Made by a program: the position numbers and the translations under genes
NCBI GenBank assembly: GCA_964596525.1
Contig: CAZQUL010000001.1
Coordinates: 140,830 to 204,829 of the forward strand
Direction of reading: 5' to 3'
Source: an uncultured Gammaproteobacteria bacterium
GTDB taxonomy: Bacteria > Patescibacteriota > Patescibacteriia > Magasanikbacterales > GWA2-37-8
DNA: 64,000 nt
In this document: positions 37,094 through 46,817 of the stretch, one piece after another
Position numbering within the stretch: position 1 is the stretch's first letter
Layout of the letters: every line of letters starts with the position of its first letter
Notes under the pieces: model-generated
Databases searched by the model: none
Told to the model about the DNA's origin: nothing
Seen by the model: the letters and a program-made list of their open reading frames with translations, nothing else

Positions 37094-37603
37094 CTACCGG
37101 GGAACAGAAAAGGTCTTGCCGTTCATATGGCAGAGCCGGAATACCTCAGCTCGGGAACCGCCCAAGAGCAGGCAGCGGGTTTCACCATTGAGCTCCACGG
37201 TTTTTCCAAACCAGAGCGTTGTGGGCTGCGGCGACGTCTCGTGGGAACGACCACTGGCGCGGATATTGAGCGGCACCGGAAGATTCCCGCCCGCGACATT
37301 AACAAGCGTAAGGCACAAGTTGGTCCGGGGGTACTCAACGTTGAACGGCAGGGAAACCTTGATCTGCTGCTCACTAGCAGAGTTGATAAAGAGGTTTGCC
37401 AAACGGTCTCCATTGGCCATGACCTCGAACTCGTAGGTTCCGACGTTTCCGAGGTTTTGCATCGAGGCAACGACTTCCTGGAAATCTTCACAGTAATCGC
37501 CGTCGAGACCACTGCCTCCTCCGACCGGACCGCCGCAGCCGGTCATGGCAGCAAAGCCGATTGAGAGAGCGGTGGAGCACAGGGCGCTGATGTATCGCTT
37601 CAT
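37094..37603 (-). CDS. putative lipoprotein
   Basis: caggag RBS; MKRY..MTGC lipobox. Confidence 0.7.
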   Translation of the reverse strand: MKRYISALCSTALSIGFAAMTGCGGPVGGGSGLDGDYCEDFQEVVASMQNLGNVGTYEFEVMANGDRLANLFINSASEQQIKVSLPFNVEYPRTNLCLTLVNVAGGNLPVPLNIRASGRSHETSPQPTTLWFGKTVELNGETRCLLLGGSRAEVFRLCHMNGKTFSVPR

Positions 37604-37740
37604 CGGGTTTCTCCTGCGCAGGTTGCGCCGGATCAAGTTAGCAGAAACATGAATAAAAATCAAGGTTTTAAGCCGATAAAACCCACGACCTCATGTTAGA
37701 AGATTTCCAATACGTCCACCAACCAGAAACAACCCACCTC

Positions 37741-37769
37741 TTGACACACCGCCCGATTCGCGGTATTCT
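37741..37769 (+). promoter_or_regulatory. sigma70-like promoter
   Basis: TTGACA-17-TATTCT, then aaggag RBS. Confidence 0.65.
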
Positions 37770-37804
37770 CCTTCGATTCTGAACCGAAACGAAAGGAGAC
37801 AGAC

Positions 37805-38449
37805 ATGATCGACGACCGAGTGTTCATTGCCTTGGACGTGGAAGCTGCCGGAGATTGCTTGGGACTATCGCCGACCATATCGATCGGCGCCTGCGTGGTG
37901 ACACGAGAGGATTTCGGGCCATTCGCCACGCACGAACAGTGGGGAAAAACCTTCTACACCGAGCTTAAAATAAAAGCCGACCCATGCGGCGTGGATAGCG
38001 AAGCAATGCGCGTGGGATGTTCTGAACTTAAATGCCTGGAGACGCTGCGTAAGCACCCCTTCTTTGATACGAGCAACGAAGCGTTCAATCCAACCCTCGT
38101 CATTAAAGTCCTGCAGGAGCTCGGCGAAGATCCGGCAGCCGCGCTGAAACGTTTCAACGCCTGGCTCGCCCGAGTAGCCGGCGGGCGCATGATCGTTGGC
38201 GTCACGGATGCGATGCCCTTCGACGCCGCGCATGTGGGATTGCTCTTCGGACTCCAGGGTTATCGCTCGCCCTTCGGATGGAAAGGGTATCACCTGCCTT
38301 CGATGTACGAAGGACACACCGGCAACCAAGCGTCGCGCATAAAGGAGCTCGTACCCGACACGCGCGAGAAGCCGCACCGAGCCGACCATGACGCGCACTA
38401 CCTGGCCCAGTTGACGCGCGAGCTGTTCTTCAACCGGCTCCACTGGTAA
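37805..38449 (+). CDS. DEDDh 3'-5' exonuclease (Rv2179c-like)
   Basis: ExoI LDVE, FYTELK, ExoII PFD, ExoIII HRADHDA. Confidence 0.85.
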   Translation: MIDDRVFIALDVEAAGDCLGLSPTISIGACVVTREDFGPFATHEQWGKTFYTELKIKADPCGVDSEAMRVGCSELKCLETLRKHPFFDTSNEAFNPTLVIKVLQELGEDPAAALKRFNAWLARVAGGRMIVGVTDAMPFDAAHVGLLFGLQGYRSPFGWKGYHLPSMYEGHTGNQASRIKELVPDTREKPHRADHDAHYLAQLTRELFFNRLHW

Positions 38450-38536
38450 ACACATAATCCGTTGCTTTCGGGCAACGGATTTCGTATTAAAAAACAAGAG
38501 CGACTGCCGCGGCGGGCAGTCGGAATGGGTTGTTCG

Positions 38537-38767
38537 TTAGGCGTGGGCGCGCGCCCAGAGGGTACCGCCGCCTTCGATCGTGCGATCGAAGTTCTCGACG
38601 ATCATGGCGCGCTTGCCGTTCCGACCCTCGAGGCGCAGGAAGCCCTTGCGCTTCGTCTGCTGCACCTTGCGCAGCTTGATGGGCTTGGGCTCACCGGCCA
38701 AGAAAATCTTGGCATTGCCCTTCTTCGTGAACTGAACCGCGACCACGGAGCCAATCTTCGTTTCCAT
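38537..38767 (-). CDS. small basic hypothetical protein
   Basis: gaggtg RBS; promoter TTGACA-17-TATAGT at ~38808-38836 (minus). Confidence 0.65.
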   Translation of the reverse strand: METKIGSVVAVQFTKKGNAKIFLAGEPKPIKLRKVQQTKRKGFLRLEGRNGKRAMIVENFDRTIEGGGTLWARAHA

Positions 38768-38899
38768 CGGACACCTCACAATGGTTGGGTAGCAAAACGA
38801 ACATCATACTATACCACAAAACAGAGCTTTTGTCAAGGTTAAAACGCGACAAAAAATGGCTTATATAAAACCAAAACCGACCATGTCTGGTCGGCAGCT

Positions 38900-40765
38900 T
38901 TAACAACCCGATGGGCGCAGGCTAAAACACGTCCCGCCGGAAGGGGCGTAGGCCTCAAAGCGATCGGGCGGTTCGCAGATAATGCCGGTCGTACCGTCAT
39001 CGCCCAGGGTAAAAACGTGGTTGGTGAAACCAAGGATATTGGTGTAGCGGAAACGATAGAGCGTACACCCGTTGCCATACGGCGTGTCCTTGGGCGCAGT
39101 GCCGCGGTTCGGCAGATAGCCGAGGGCCAGTGAGCAATCGTAGCCCAGGGCTAGCAGTGACCCATAGTCGCCATCCGCGGTCGATACGAGCACATGGTCG
39201 GTGCCTTTGCTGCACTGCACGACGAGACTCGAACTCGGAATCGCGTTCGTAGCAGCGACGAAGGCTGCGCGTTGGAAGGTATATCCGGCGCAGGCCGCGG
39301 GTGCAGTGCCGCTCGGTCCAAAACAGTAGCTGCTCGCCGGACTGACGAAGCGATTGATGGTGCGCCAGCACGATGGATCGTTGTCGACGAGGCCATCACC
39401 GTTGTCGTCGCGACCATTGCAGGTTTCGGGCATAGGTGGCGGGGCGGACATGTCGGGTGGGGGTGAGGAGGTCATGTCGGGCGGCGCAACGGGCGGATCT
39501 TGGCACCGACCATCTTTGCAGATAAATGCCCCAGGACAGGCGATGACGCTCGCAAAGCAGCCGGAAGCTGGGCAATCGACCAAGGTCTTGGCATCACGGC
39601 AGTACGACGCGGCACAGGCCTTAGATCGACACTTCCCATCATCACAACCACACGGACAGGAAACGACTTCGGAAGCACATCCGTCGGCGCTGCACGTTTG
39701 GCGCGTGGTGGGGTTGAGGCAGAAAGAAGAGGAAGGGGTACAACGATTAATCCCACATTCACCTTCTCCCTGACAACAGCCTGAACATGTCCCTGCCTTC
39801 ACCCATTGCAGACCATCAGGCCCGCATTCCTCGACGCTTTGAGTTCCGCCACAACGCTTTGAGCCGGGAGAGCAGATGCGCTGCGGGGCACGTTCGTTTA
39901 TCGGATCACACCATTCACGATACGCTGGCTTGGTACATCCAATAGTCGCCGTTGCTCCTGGAACTTTGACCGGTTCAGCGCAAACCGCCTTATCAGCTTC
40001 AAAGTTCTTCCAAGCCGGAACTTGTGCGCTAGCATCTTCGCACTCTCCACAAAACGCGAGGAGCCATTCCTTATCAGCCCACGGCTTCCATTTCTGAGAA
40101 AGTGCCGCACAAGCATCCAGGACACGTTCTGTATAAACATCTGCCGCTCGCAAGCAGCCATGACAAAACAAGGTACAGGCATGCCCGATAAGTTCAGCTT
40201 CCATAGTCGGACCGACAATTTTGTCGAGCCGAGTAAAACCGCGACCGAGACCGGTGTCAATTCCAACGGTTTGGACTTGATAACGGGCACTGGTGACCAA
40301 AGCAGGCACCGGAGCGGAGAGGTACTGTATTCTAAGGGGCGTCGAGAGGGCGCTAAAGAGGCATTCCGGGGAAGTATCGATGCCTAGAGTCCAGTTTTCA
40401 CATGGATCCAGAAAGTACGAATCCTGATAGTAGCAGGACTCGGACAGATCTGGACTCCGCGCGAACTGCAACTTGTTCTTAGGAAGATACTTCTCTTTCC
40501 CCGAACGTTCCATTTGAGGAAAAATGAGCTCCGCCTCAATTCCCAGAATCTCGCGCTCCCGTGTTGAACGGAAAAGCGGTTTTCGATTCCACAAGAGACG
40601 GGCGGCAGGATTCGCGCGCGAAACAGGAACCGTGACTTGAACTCCGTCAGGGACCCATTCAGTCAACGGAGGTAGCGGGGAATCGGCTTTCGAGGTCGCA
40701 ATGATCATGAGCGAACAAACGACCACGATCGAAAATATCTTGCGCGACTTTTTTACGGACGCCAT
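38900..40765 (-). CDS. secreted Cys-rich protein with MopE-like putative metal-binding motif
   Basis: Signal peptide; many Cys in tandem modules; PPDM linker; ETCNGRDDNGDGLVD; ggagg RBS. Confidence 0.8.
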   Translation of the reverse strand: MASVKKSRKIFSIVVVCSLMIIATSKADSPLPPLTEWVPDGVQVTVPVSRANPAARLLWNRKPLFRSTREREILGIEAELIFPQMERSGKEKYLPKNKLQFARSPDLSESCYYQDSYFLDPCENWTLGIDTSPECLFSALSTPLRIQYLSAPVPALVTSARYQVQTVGIDTGLGRGFTRLDKIVGPTMEAELIGHACTLFCHGCLRAADVYTERVLDACAALSQKWKPWADKEWLLAFCGECEDASAQVPAWKNFEADKAVCAEPVKVPGATATIGCTKPAYREWCDPINERAPQRICSPGSKRCGGTQSVEECGPDGLQWVKAGTCSGCCQGEGECGINRCTPSSSFCLNPTTRQTCSADGCASEVVSCPCGCDDGKCRSKACAASYCRDAKTLVDCPASGCFASVIACPGAFICKDGRCQDPPVAPPDMTSSPPPDMSAPPPMPETCNGRDDNGDGLVDNDPSCWRTINRFVSPASSYCFGPSGTAPAACAGYTFQRAAFVAATNAIPSSSLVVQCSKGTDHVLVSTADGDYGSLLALGYDCSLALGYLPNRGTAPKDTPYGNGCTLYRFRYTNILGFTNHVFTLGDDGTTGIICEPPDRFEAYAPSGGTCFSLRPSGC

Positions 40766-41475
40766 CTGCTTACCTCCTGGATACTCTGGTAGAACGGAAT
40801 ACCTTGCGGCTGACTTCCGGCTTCGATCTGAACGGAATATACTCGAGAATCATTTTGAATTCGAGCTAAATCCCGCACTGGACCACGGAGTGCGAGGCCG
40901 ACCACAACAAGAGAAGGACGTTCGAGCTCAAGAGCGTAATCCTTCTGCTCCCGCTCTAGCGCTCCTGGGCGACACATCTGATTACCCTCGGCACATAAGC
41001 GCTTCATCTCTTCGAACGAATCCTTACTAACCTGGATTTCTTGTTGATGGGCAGCTGCAAGCTCAGACAGCAGTTCGTCTTTGGCCGGCATTTCAGGATT
41101 GAAGTTGTAGAAACCTCCCCCGACTTCACCGGCGCGGGTATACCACGTAACGAAACTGGAGCTAGGGAAACTCTTGAACCAAGTGATCACTTCACGGGCC
41201 GGAATCTCACGCTTGAGAGCAATTTGAGCAACTACAACGCGCTCCGGATTGGCAGCACTCTGAACTTCCACGCCAGCGCGCAGCATGGCAAGCATATCAG
41301 CATGTGTTGTCGGCCAGTTATCGATGAATTTTTGCACTGCCCAATTCGGTGGGGCCGACTCCCCTGCCTTAAACCCATTACACCCGCTACCCCCGAGCGC
41401 GGCGAGTGTAAGAGTTGCAAAGAGTCCGAAAAGGAAGCGGCGTGATGGCGACATACGAGAAATGGGGTGAGGCAT
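40753..41475 (-). CDS. putative lipoprotein
   Basis: SRRFLFG..GSGC; overlaps the downstream gene; exact start uncertain. Confidence 0.65.
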   Translation of the reverse strand: MPHPISRMSPSRRFLFGLFATLTLAALGGSGCNGFKAGESAPPNWAVQKFIDNWPTTHADMLAMLRAGVEVQSAANPERVVVAQIALKREIPAREVITWFKSFPSSSFVTWYTRAGEVGGGFYNFNPEMPAKDELLSELAAAHQQEIQVSKDSFEEMKRLCAEGNQMCRPGALEREQKDYALELERPSLVVVGLALRGPVRDLARIQNDSRVYSVQIEAGSQPQGIPFYQSIQEVSRWRP

Positions 41476-41661
41476 AATTCTTTCCTCCATCGTAGAAGGG
41501 TTGGTGAGTTGTGTAAAGAGCGTCATGCTCAAGAAGCAACAAAAAACTATCGACGCATGCGATAGCTCGTCCCCTCTTTGATGAGTAACCTACTCTGATT
41601 GAAAATGATGTAAAGAGTTTTGTGTGGATAAGAAACAAAAATTTTATCGAAATTTTATAAA

Positions 41662-44580
41662 TTAGAATAGTTTCTTCCGCAGCACCGCTCCGATGCCGAC
41701 AGCTGCTACGGCGGCGACCGAAAAAATGATGGTTTTCGGATACGAGGAACTCTTGCTTCTTGTCGATTGATTTAATGATGAAATCACCGAAGAACTGGAA
41801 TCAGTTTTTTCTATCACTTCAACATCGGCCACGCCGCGCGGCCAGAGCTCCACACCCTTCGTGCCGTTTTCAAGAACGCCGGTCACGATAAGTTCGCTTC
41901 CTTCGGCAAGCGTAGTGCTCGTAAGACCAGTGCCAGTTTTGATGGTAGCGAGAAGCTCGGCTGTACCGTCATCGAGATACCAACTCGTGCGTTTACGTTC
42001 GGTGAGTTCGGCACGAACGCTAATAAGCATGCCGAAGTGATCGAGTGACAAATCTTCAATTGCGAAGGAGTCGGTAGCAGCGAGTGAACGTGTGCCAACG
42101 CGGGTAATATCGGCGGCAGTTTTTATGAGAATACGCGGGCGGCTTTGCGCGATGGAGATGGTACCGCGAACACGCACTTCATCGCCAAGCTTTAACGCCG
42201 GAAACTGGCTTTTGCTTTGGAATAACGCGAGGCCACCACTCTCGTCACTCAGGTATGCAATTTGTTTACCAAAAATGCCGGGTACGCTGGTAATGACACC
42301 TTGCACATCAACCGGTGTACCAGATGGCAGAAGACGAATATCGGCAAGACGCGCACTCACGACGGTTTTAGATTTTGCAGCCGTTTTCGTCGTTGTTTTT
42401 TTGGTGGTGGCAGGTTTGGTGGTTTTTGTTTTTGATGTTGAGGTAGAGGAACTTGTTTTTTTAGTGGCGGATGGTTGTTCGAGGGCAACTTTGGTGATGA
42501 CGAAATCCCCGCTCGATTCGCTGAAGGGCGGTTGCGTTGGCATAGTCATCCATGCCGTCCCGTTCGTAGTGTAGGAAAAACCATTATTCAACCGAGGTAC
42601 GCTGACCGTACTCACGCGCTCACCAAAACGGTTATAGAGCTCGACGGTCGTAGCACTTTTTGGCACCTCAAGACCGGTTGCGGGTGCAAAGAATACGGCA
42701 GTCTCGCGCGGGGCAAGAATGGTTTTTTCTGGAATCGTGAACCGCGAACGTCCAAGTGCGAGCTGCCAACCGTCGAGGTCGATGGCGATCGAATCGTTGT
42801 TTATGATTTTTATAAACGACGGAAGAACACCTTCGCTCTCGGCCGCGACTTCCGTTACCATGACTAATCCTTGTTCGGCGGGAATTCCATCGGCCGCCGT
42901 GAACACGAACGGGAAGCTACCGACCGAACCGCGCGAGGTGGCGGCGCTCACGACTCCACGATATGTGCCCGCTACGATTGGCGTAAACGTGAGGCGCGAA
43001 CCTGTGCCAATAACAGCGTCGTCAATGATCCAGGTGAGTACGAGGCGTCCGCCGCGTTTGTCAAAGGTGCGCGAGGCATCGAAAGTTACCGCACGGTGTA
43101 CCGGAACATGTCGTGGCGCAAGTACATTCCAAATGACGCCAGATGATAGCGTGGTCGGCGCTGGTTTGTTCGGTGTTGCCGCGCCGCGCGCCCACGTAGT
43201 ATCGACAAGACGCTGCAGACTTTCGGTTCCTTCGGGGAGCGGATCAAGAATGAGCATGTCGGCTACGGAATCATCATCACGAAAAAGCCAGAGCGTGCCG
43301 CTGACAGACGTGGGGCCGAAAAGTTTGGTGGTGCGGTTATAGAACGTACGAAAAGCGCGACGCTCGATAACCCCGTCGAGCGCGTACACCGTGTTATTCA
43401 TGGCCAAACGCCAGCCGGAGAGACTGACTCGCTCATCGGTATGATTGTATAGCTCGATAAATCCGCTGTCAGTTACCAAAACCTCACTTAGATATAAAGG
43501 CGACGTTGATGTGGTGAAAAAAATATACCCCGGTTTTTTGAGACTGGTTTGACTGGTTATACCACCCGAAAAGCCGGAGCTGCCGCTTGAGGATGGTGGC
43601 GGAGCCGCCTCTTCTTCGTTTACAGGAGAGGTAACAATATTGCTTGAACCAAACGTGCGTGTCGTTGAAAGCACCCACGATCCGCCACCATCGACCGAGC
43701 GGACCAACACGTCGTTGCTCGATGGCACGAGCTCGTCGGCATATGTTAGTTCATCGATGACAGTTCCGGCAGGGTCCTTAAGGATCACTTTGTCACCGCC
43801 GTTGTTGAGCTTGCTGCCCGTGATAGTAACAACCGCGAATCCGCCGGGGGCGATCGTTCCTTCGAGCGTGGCGATGAGGCACGAGGTGGCACGATCATCG
43901 CAGAGCGTACCACCCGTAAGATCCATGGCGCTTGAACCAGTGTTAAAAAGCTCGACAAGCTCGGTACCGTCCGTTGGCGCCACAAGAATTTCGTTCAAAC
44001 GAAGCTTGCTCCAGTCGGCCGTACCCGGCGGATCATCAGGCGGAGGCGCGGTAGACCCACCGCTATTCGCAAATCCCACGCTACTGCCTGATGGGTGTAC
44101 GCCCCAGTTGGCAAGCGTATAATCAGCTGACGCGAAATTTTTCCGTTCAAGCGAGGTTTTCTGATGCGCGGGATACGTAAAGATCTCCGCCACCGCATTC
44201 GCGCTGTCGTAGAGGCCGATCTCTTCGCCATTTTCGCTTAGACTCGTCCACACGGAATCAAAAATCGGCACGGCCACTTCGGGATGATCAATAGCGAACT
44301 GCGCCGCGTCTTGGGCGATGACGGCATAGCTGCCCGGCGCGATTGTTGTACCGTGTCTAAAGGCCGTAAGAGCATGCTTCACACCTCCTTCCCAAAACTT
44401 CCATCCGCTCATATCAAACGAAATAGAGCCGGTATTATGCACCTCCACCCATTCATGCGTGCTGGTAGGATACGCACCGATTTCGCTCACGACAAGCGAT
44501 GAGGCAGCATGCGTTTGAATAGCATTAAAAAATAAAACGATACATGAAACAGCAAAAAGTAACCCTCCGTACCGAGTCAT
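41662..44580 (-). CDS. surface protein with multiple lamin-tail domains, PKD-like and OB-fold domains, C-terminal TM
   Basis: Repeated SE/NE..E[WLF]VE..N..[DS]L.GW motifs; VQGVITSVPG OB-fold; C-terminal anchor. Confidence 0.85.
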   Translation of the reverse strand: MTRYGGLLFAVSCIVLFFNAIQTHAASSLVVSEIGAYPTSTHEWVEVHNTGSISFDMSGWKFWEGGVKHALTAFRHGTTIAPGSYAVIAQDAAQFAIDHPEVAVPIFDSVWTSLSENGEEIGLYDSANAVAEIFTYPAHQKTSLERKNFASADYTLANWGVHPSGSSVGFANSGGSTAPPPDDPPGTADWSKLRLNEILVAPTDGTELVELFNTGSSAMDLTGGTLCDDRATSCLIATLEGTIAPGGFAVVTITGSKLNNGGDKVILKDPAGTVIDELTYADELVPSSNDVLVRSVDGGGSWVLSTTRTFGSSNIVTSPVNEEEAAPPPSSSGSSGFSGGITSQTSLKKPGYIFFTTSTSPLYLSEVLVTDSGFIELYNHTDERVSLSGWRLAMNNTVYALDGVIERRAFRTFYNRTTKLFGPTSVSGTLWLFRDDDSVADMLILDPLPEGTESLQRLVDTTWARGAATPNKPAPTTLSSGVIWNVLAPRHVPVHRAVTFDASRTFDKRGGRLVLTWIIDDAVIGTGSRLTFTPIVAGTYRGVVSAATSRGSVGSFPFVFTAADGIPAEQGLVMVTEVAAESEGVLPSFIKIINNDSIAIDLDGWQLALGRSRFTIPEKTILAPRETAVFFAPATGLEVPKSATTVELYNRFGERVSTVSVPRLNNGFSYTTNGTAWMTMPTQPPFSESSGDFVITKVALEQPSATKKTSSSTSTSKTKTTKPATTKKTTTKTAAKSKTVVSARLADIRLLPSGTPVDVQGVITSVPGIFGKQIAYLSDESGGLALFQSKSQFPALKLGDEVRVRGTISIAQSRPRILIKTAADITRVGTRSLAATDSFAIEDLSLDHFGMLISVRAELTERKRTSWYLDDGTAELLATIKTGTGLTSTTLAEGSELIVTGVLENGTKGVELWPRGVADVEVIEKTDSSSSVISSLNQSTRSKSSSYPKTIIFSVAAVAAVGIGAVLRKKLF

Positions 44581-44775
44581 ATGAACTCCTTAGTTTTAAA
44601 ATTGCTCGACTGTAGCAAAGTTAAAATCGGAGCGCCAGGCTTTGGAGTGGATAAAAAACTCTAAAAAAACTAAAAGCGCGCAATTAAGAGAAGAAGAGAG
44701 AAAAATCACTATCGGAATATTATAAAGATTCTATATTTTCTTTATCCGAAAGTAGTCGCGGGTCTGAAACATAAT

Positions 44776-44919
44776 GTCATTACGAGAAAGGAGTCAAGCG
44801 ACTGACGAAGCAATCTCCTCGTTAGCAAAGCAAGCTTTTAAATACTGAGGGATTGCCCGCCCGGCACGCCTTCTGCTGCCATGGCGGACGGGCTTCGTCA
44901 CTACGTTCCTCGCAATGAC
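44776..44919. repeat. palindromic MITE/REP-like element, copy 1 (with internal insert)
   Basis: gtcatt[a/g]cgag..gacgaagcaatc....gattgc-[ccgcccggcacgcc..gccatggcggacgg]-cttcgtc..cctcgcaatgac. Confidence 0.85.
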
Positions 44920-44954
44920 ATTTTAGAGGCTTGCCAGGTACTACAAATACGATC

Positions 44955-45689
44955 TCACAACAACTCAAATAACAATCGAAATAATTTTTTCTGAAATTCC
45001 GCGAAGGTGGCGTTTTCTACCACCCATGCGGTCATGGAGTTGTAATCGACGAACGCGACTGTGTCGGCGTAAACGATCTGCGAAATGTTATACGTGAACA
45101 CATCGAAACGCGCCGGAACGTTTTTGATAAGACGACCAAGGCGTGGTTTTTTACGGCTAGCCGCCACTTCGTTAGTGATGATATAGCGATTCAGATCTCC
45201 GTCCGGACCGGTGCGCGTAAAATATTTCTGCGGCAAATACGAACGGTTCTGGCGATGATTTTTGTGCGACTCGTAGCGATAAAACGTTTCGCCTTTACCG
45301 AGGCGGTTCACCATGTCGGAAAAAACTTGGCGGATACCCTCGGGTCCGCTGTAGACGCGGATCGTCGGCTTGTCGCTGCCTTCGCGGTAGAGGGCAAGCA
45401 GTTCGGGTAAAAGCTCGGCACGCTCGCTCTTGGCACGTTCGGCCCGTTCTTCGAGGACATGCGGGGACTCGGCTGCATATACTGTGCGCTTGCCGCGGCG
45501 CGCCTCGCTCGCGAGTCCTTCGGCGGCGAGCGATGGCGCCAAACGGTATACTGCGGTACGCGAGAATGCAGTGTGCCGGGCGATTTCGGCAATGGTCTGT
45601 GGCCCGCGGGTAAGCAGCGTATAATATACCTGTGCCTGATCGAGCGAAAGACCGAGATGTTCAAAAAGATGGCGATAACGTTTATTCAT
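44955..45689 (-). CDS. TrmB-family transcriptional regulator
   Basis: LGLS..QVYYTLL wHTH, RTAVY, YAAESP, YSGPEGI, C-terminal effector domain. Confidence 0.88.
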   Translation of the reverse strand: MNKRYRHLFEHLGLSLDQAQVYYTLLTRGPQTIAEIARHTAFSRTAVYRLAPSLAAEGLASEARRGKRTVYAAESPHVLEERAERAKSERAELLPELLALYREGSDKPTIRVYSGPEGIRQVFSDMVNRLGKGETFYRYESHKNHRQNRSYLPQKYFTRTGPDGDLNRYIITNEVAASRKKPRLGRLIKNVPARFDVFTYNISQIVYADTVAFVDYNSMTAWVVENATFAEFQKKLFRLLFELL

Positions 45690-45719
45690 AATAATATAAA
45701 GACAACAGCCAACAGTGAC

Positions 45720-45750
45720 CAGTCAAAAGGATTCAATTTCCTATTGACTG
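45720..45750. promoter_or_regulatory. inverted repeat / back-to-back -35 boxes in divergent promoter
   Basis: cagtcaa-aagga..tccta-ttgactg. Confidence 0.5.
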
Positions 45751-45937
45751 TTATCTACTCACTATTGTCTTATTAAAAGTATCTTTTTATAGATCATATT
45801 TCAAATAGCTATTATTATATAGAATAAGCTAAAATTATAGTACTGTGTATATGAAGTGTTTATTTTATATACATTTTAATCAGTTTGGATATTACTCCTG
45901 GTAGAGTGGAGACAGAACTTTTACCGGAGTACATCCC

Positions 45938-46774
45938 ATGAACCCACGTCCTATGCTTCCCCTGCATCTTTCACTCGTGCGCCACGGCGAATCCGAAGGC
46001 AACGTGTACGTCAAAGCCCGCGACGGCAAGCTACCCGAGGTCGGCCCCGTGCCACCGGAATTCTTGAAGCGTCACAGTACCAATTGGCGGCTCACTACCA
46101 AAGGCATTGCCCAAGTCAAAACGGTTGGTGAGTGGCTCAAAGCCGAGCACGGCGAGAATTTTTATACCCACTTCCGGGTTTCGGAAGCGCTCCGTGCCGT
46201 CGAGACCGCCGCCCATCTCGAACTGCCGAACGCGCAATGGATCATGGATTTTCGGCTCCGCGAGCGCGACCATGGCCTTATGGACGTGATGACGGTTGAA
46301 GACCGCACTACGACGTTCGCGCGCAATCTGGCACAACGCAAAATCAACTCGTTCTACTGGGCGCCGCATGACGGCGAGTCCATGGCCCGGCTCTGCGAAC
46401 GACTCCAGAGCGGCATTATCGACACGCTGCACCGCCGCGCAACGAACGACCGCGCTATTCTCGTCTGTCACGGAGAAGTGCTCTGGGGCATGCGTATCAT
46501 GCTTGAGCGCATCCCTGGCCACCGCTTCGTCGAACTCGACGCGGTGCATCACGGGCCGGACGAAATCTACAACGGCCAGGTCATCGAATATACCCGCATC
46601 AACCCGACAGACCAGAACGAAGTGCTCGAGTATTATGGCTGGACCCGTTCGGTGTGCCCATGGGATACGCGGCTCTCTACCAACGAATGGCGTCCCATCG
46701 TTCGCGAAACATTCTCGAACGAAGATCTCTTGGCCTTTGCCGAGAAGACGAAGCGCCTCGTCGATAGGAGCTAA
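45938..46774 (+). CDS. histidine phosphatase (phosphoglycerate mutase-like)
   Basis: LVRHGESEGN, RAVETA, LRERDHG, GES, VCHGE. Confidence 0.9.
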   Translation: MNPRPMLPLHLSLVRHGESEGNVYVKARDGKLPEVGPVPPEFLKRHSTNWRLTTKGIAQVKTVGEWLKAEHGENFYTHFRVSEALRAVETAAHLELPNAQWIMDFRLRERDHGLMDVMTVEDRTTTFARNLAQRKINSFYWAPHDGESMARLCERLQSGIIDTLHRRATNDRAILVCHGEVLWGMRIMLERIPGHRFVELDAVHHGPDEIYNGQVIEYTRINPTDQNEVLEYYGWTRSVCPWDTRLSTNEWRPIVRETFSNEDLLAFAEKTKRLVDRS

Positions 46775-46817
46775 ACCACAACCGCCCGGCTTACGCCAGG
46801 CGGTTTTCATTTTTCTT

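Noticed and set aside
18182-38887. Shared 16-mer caaaaccgaccatgtc at 18182 and 38872
   Set aside because: Both are arms of terminator-like hairpins; two copies are too few to support a mobile-element boundary.
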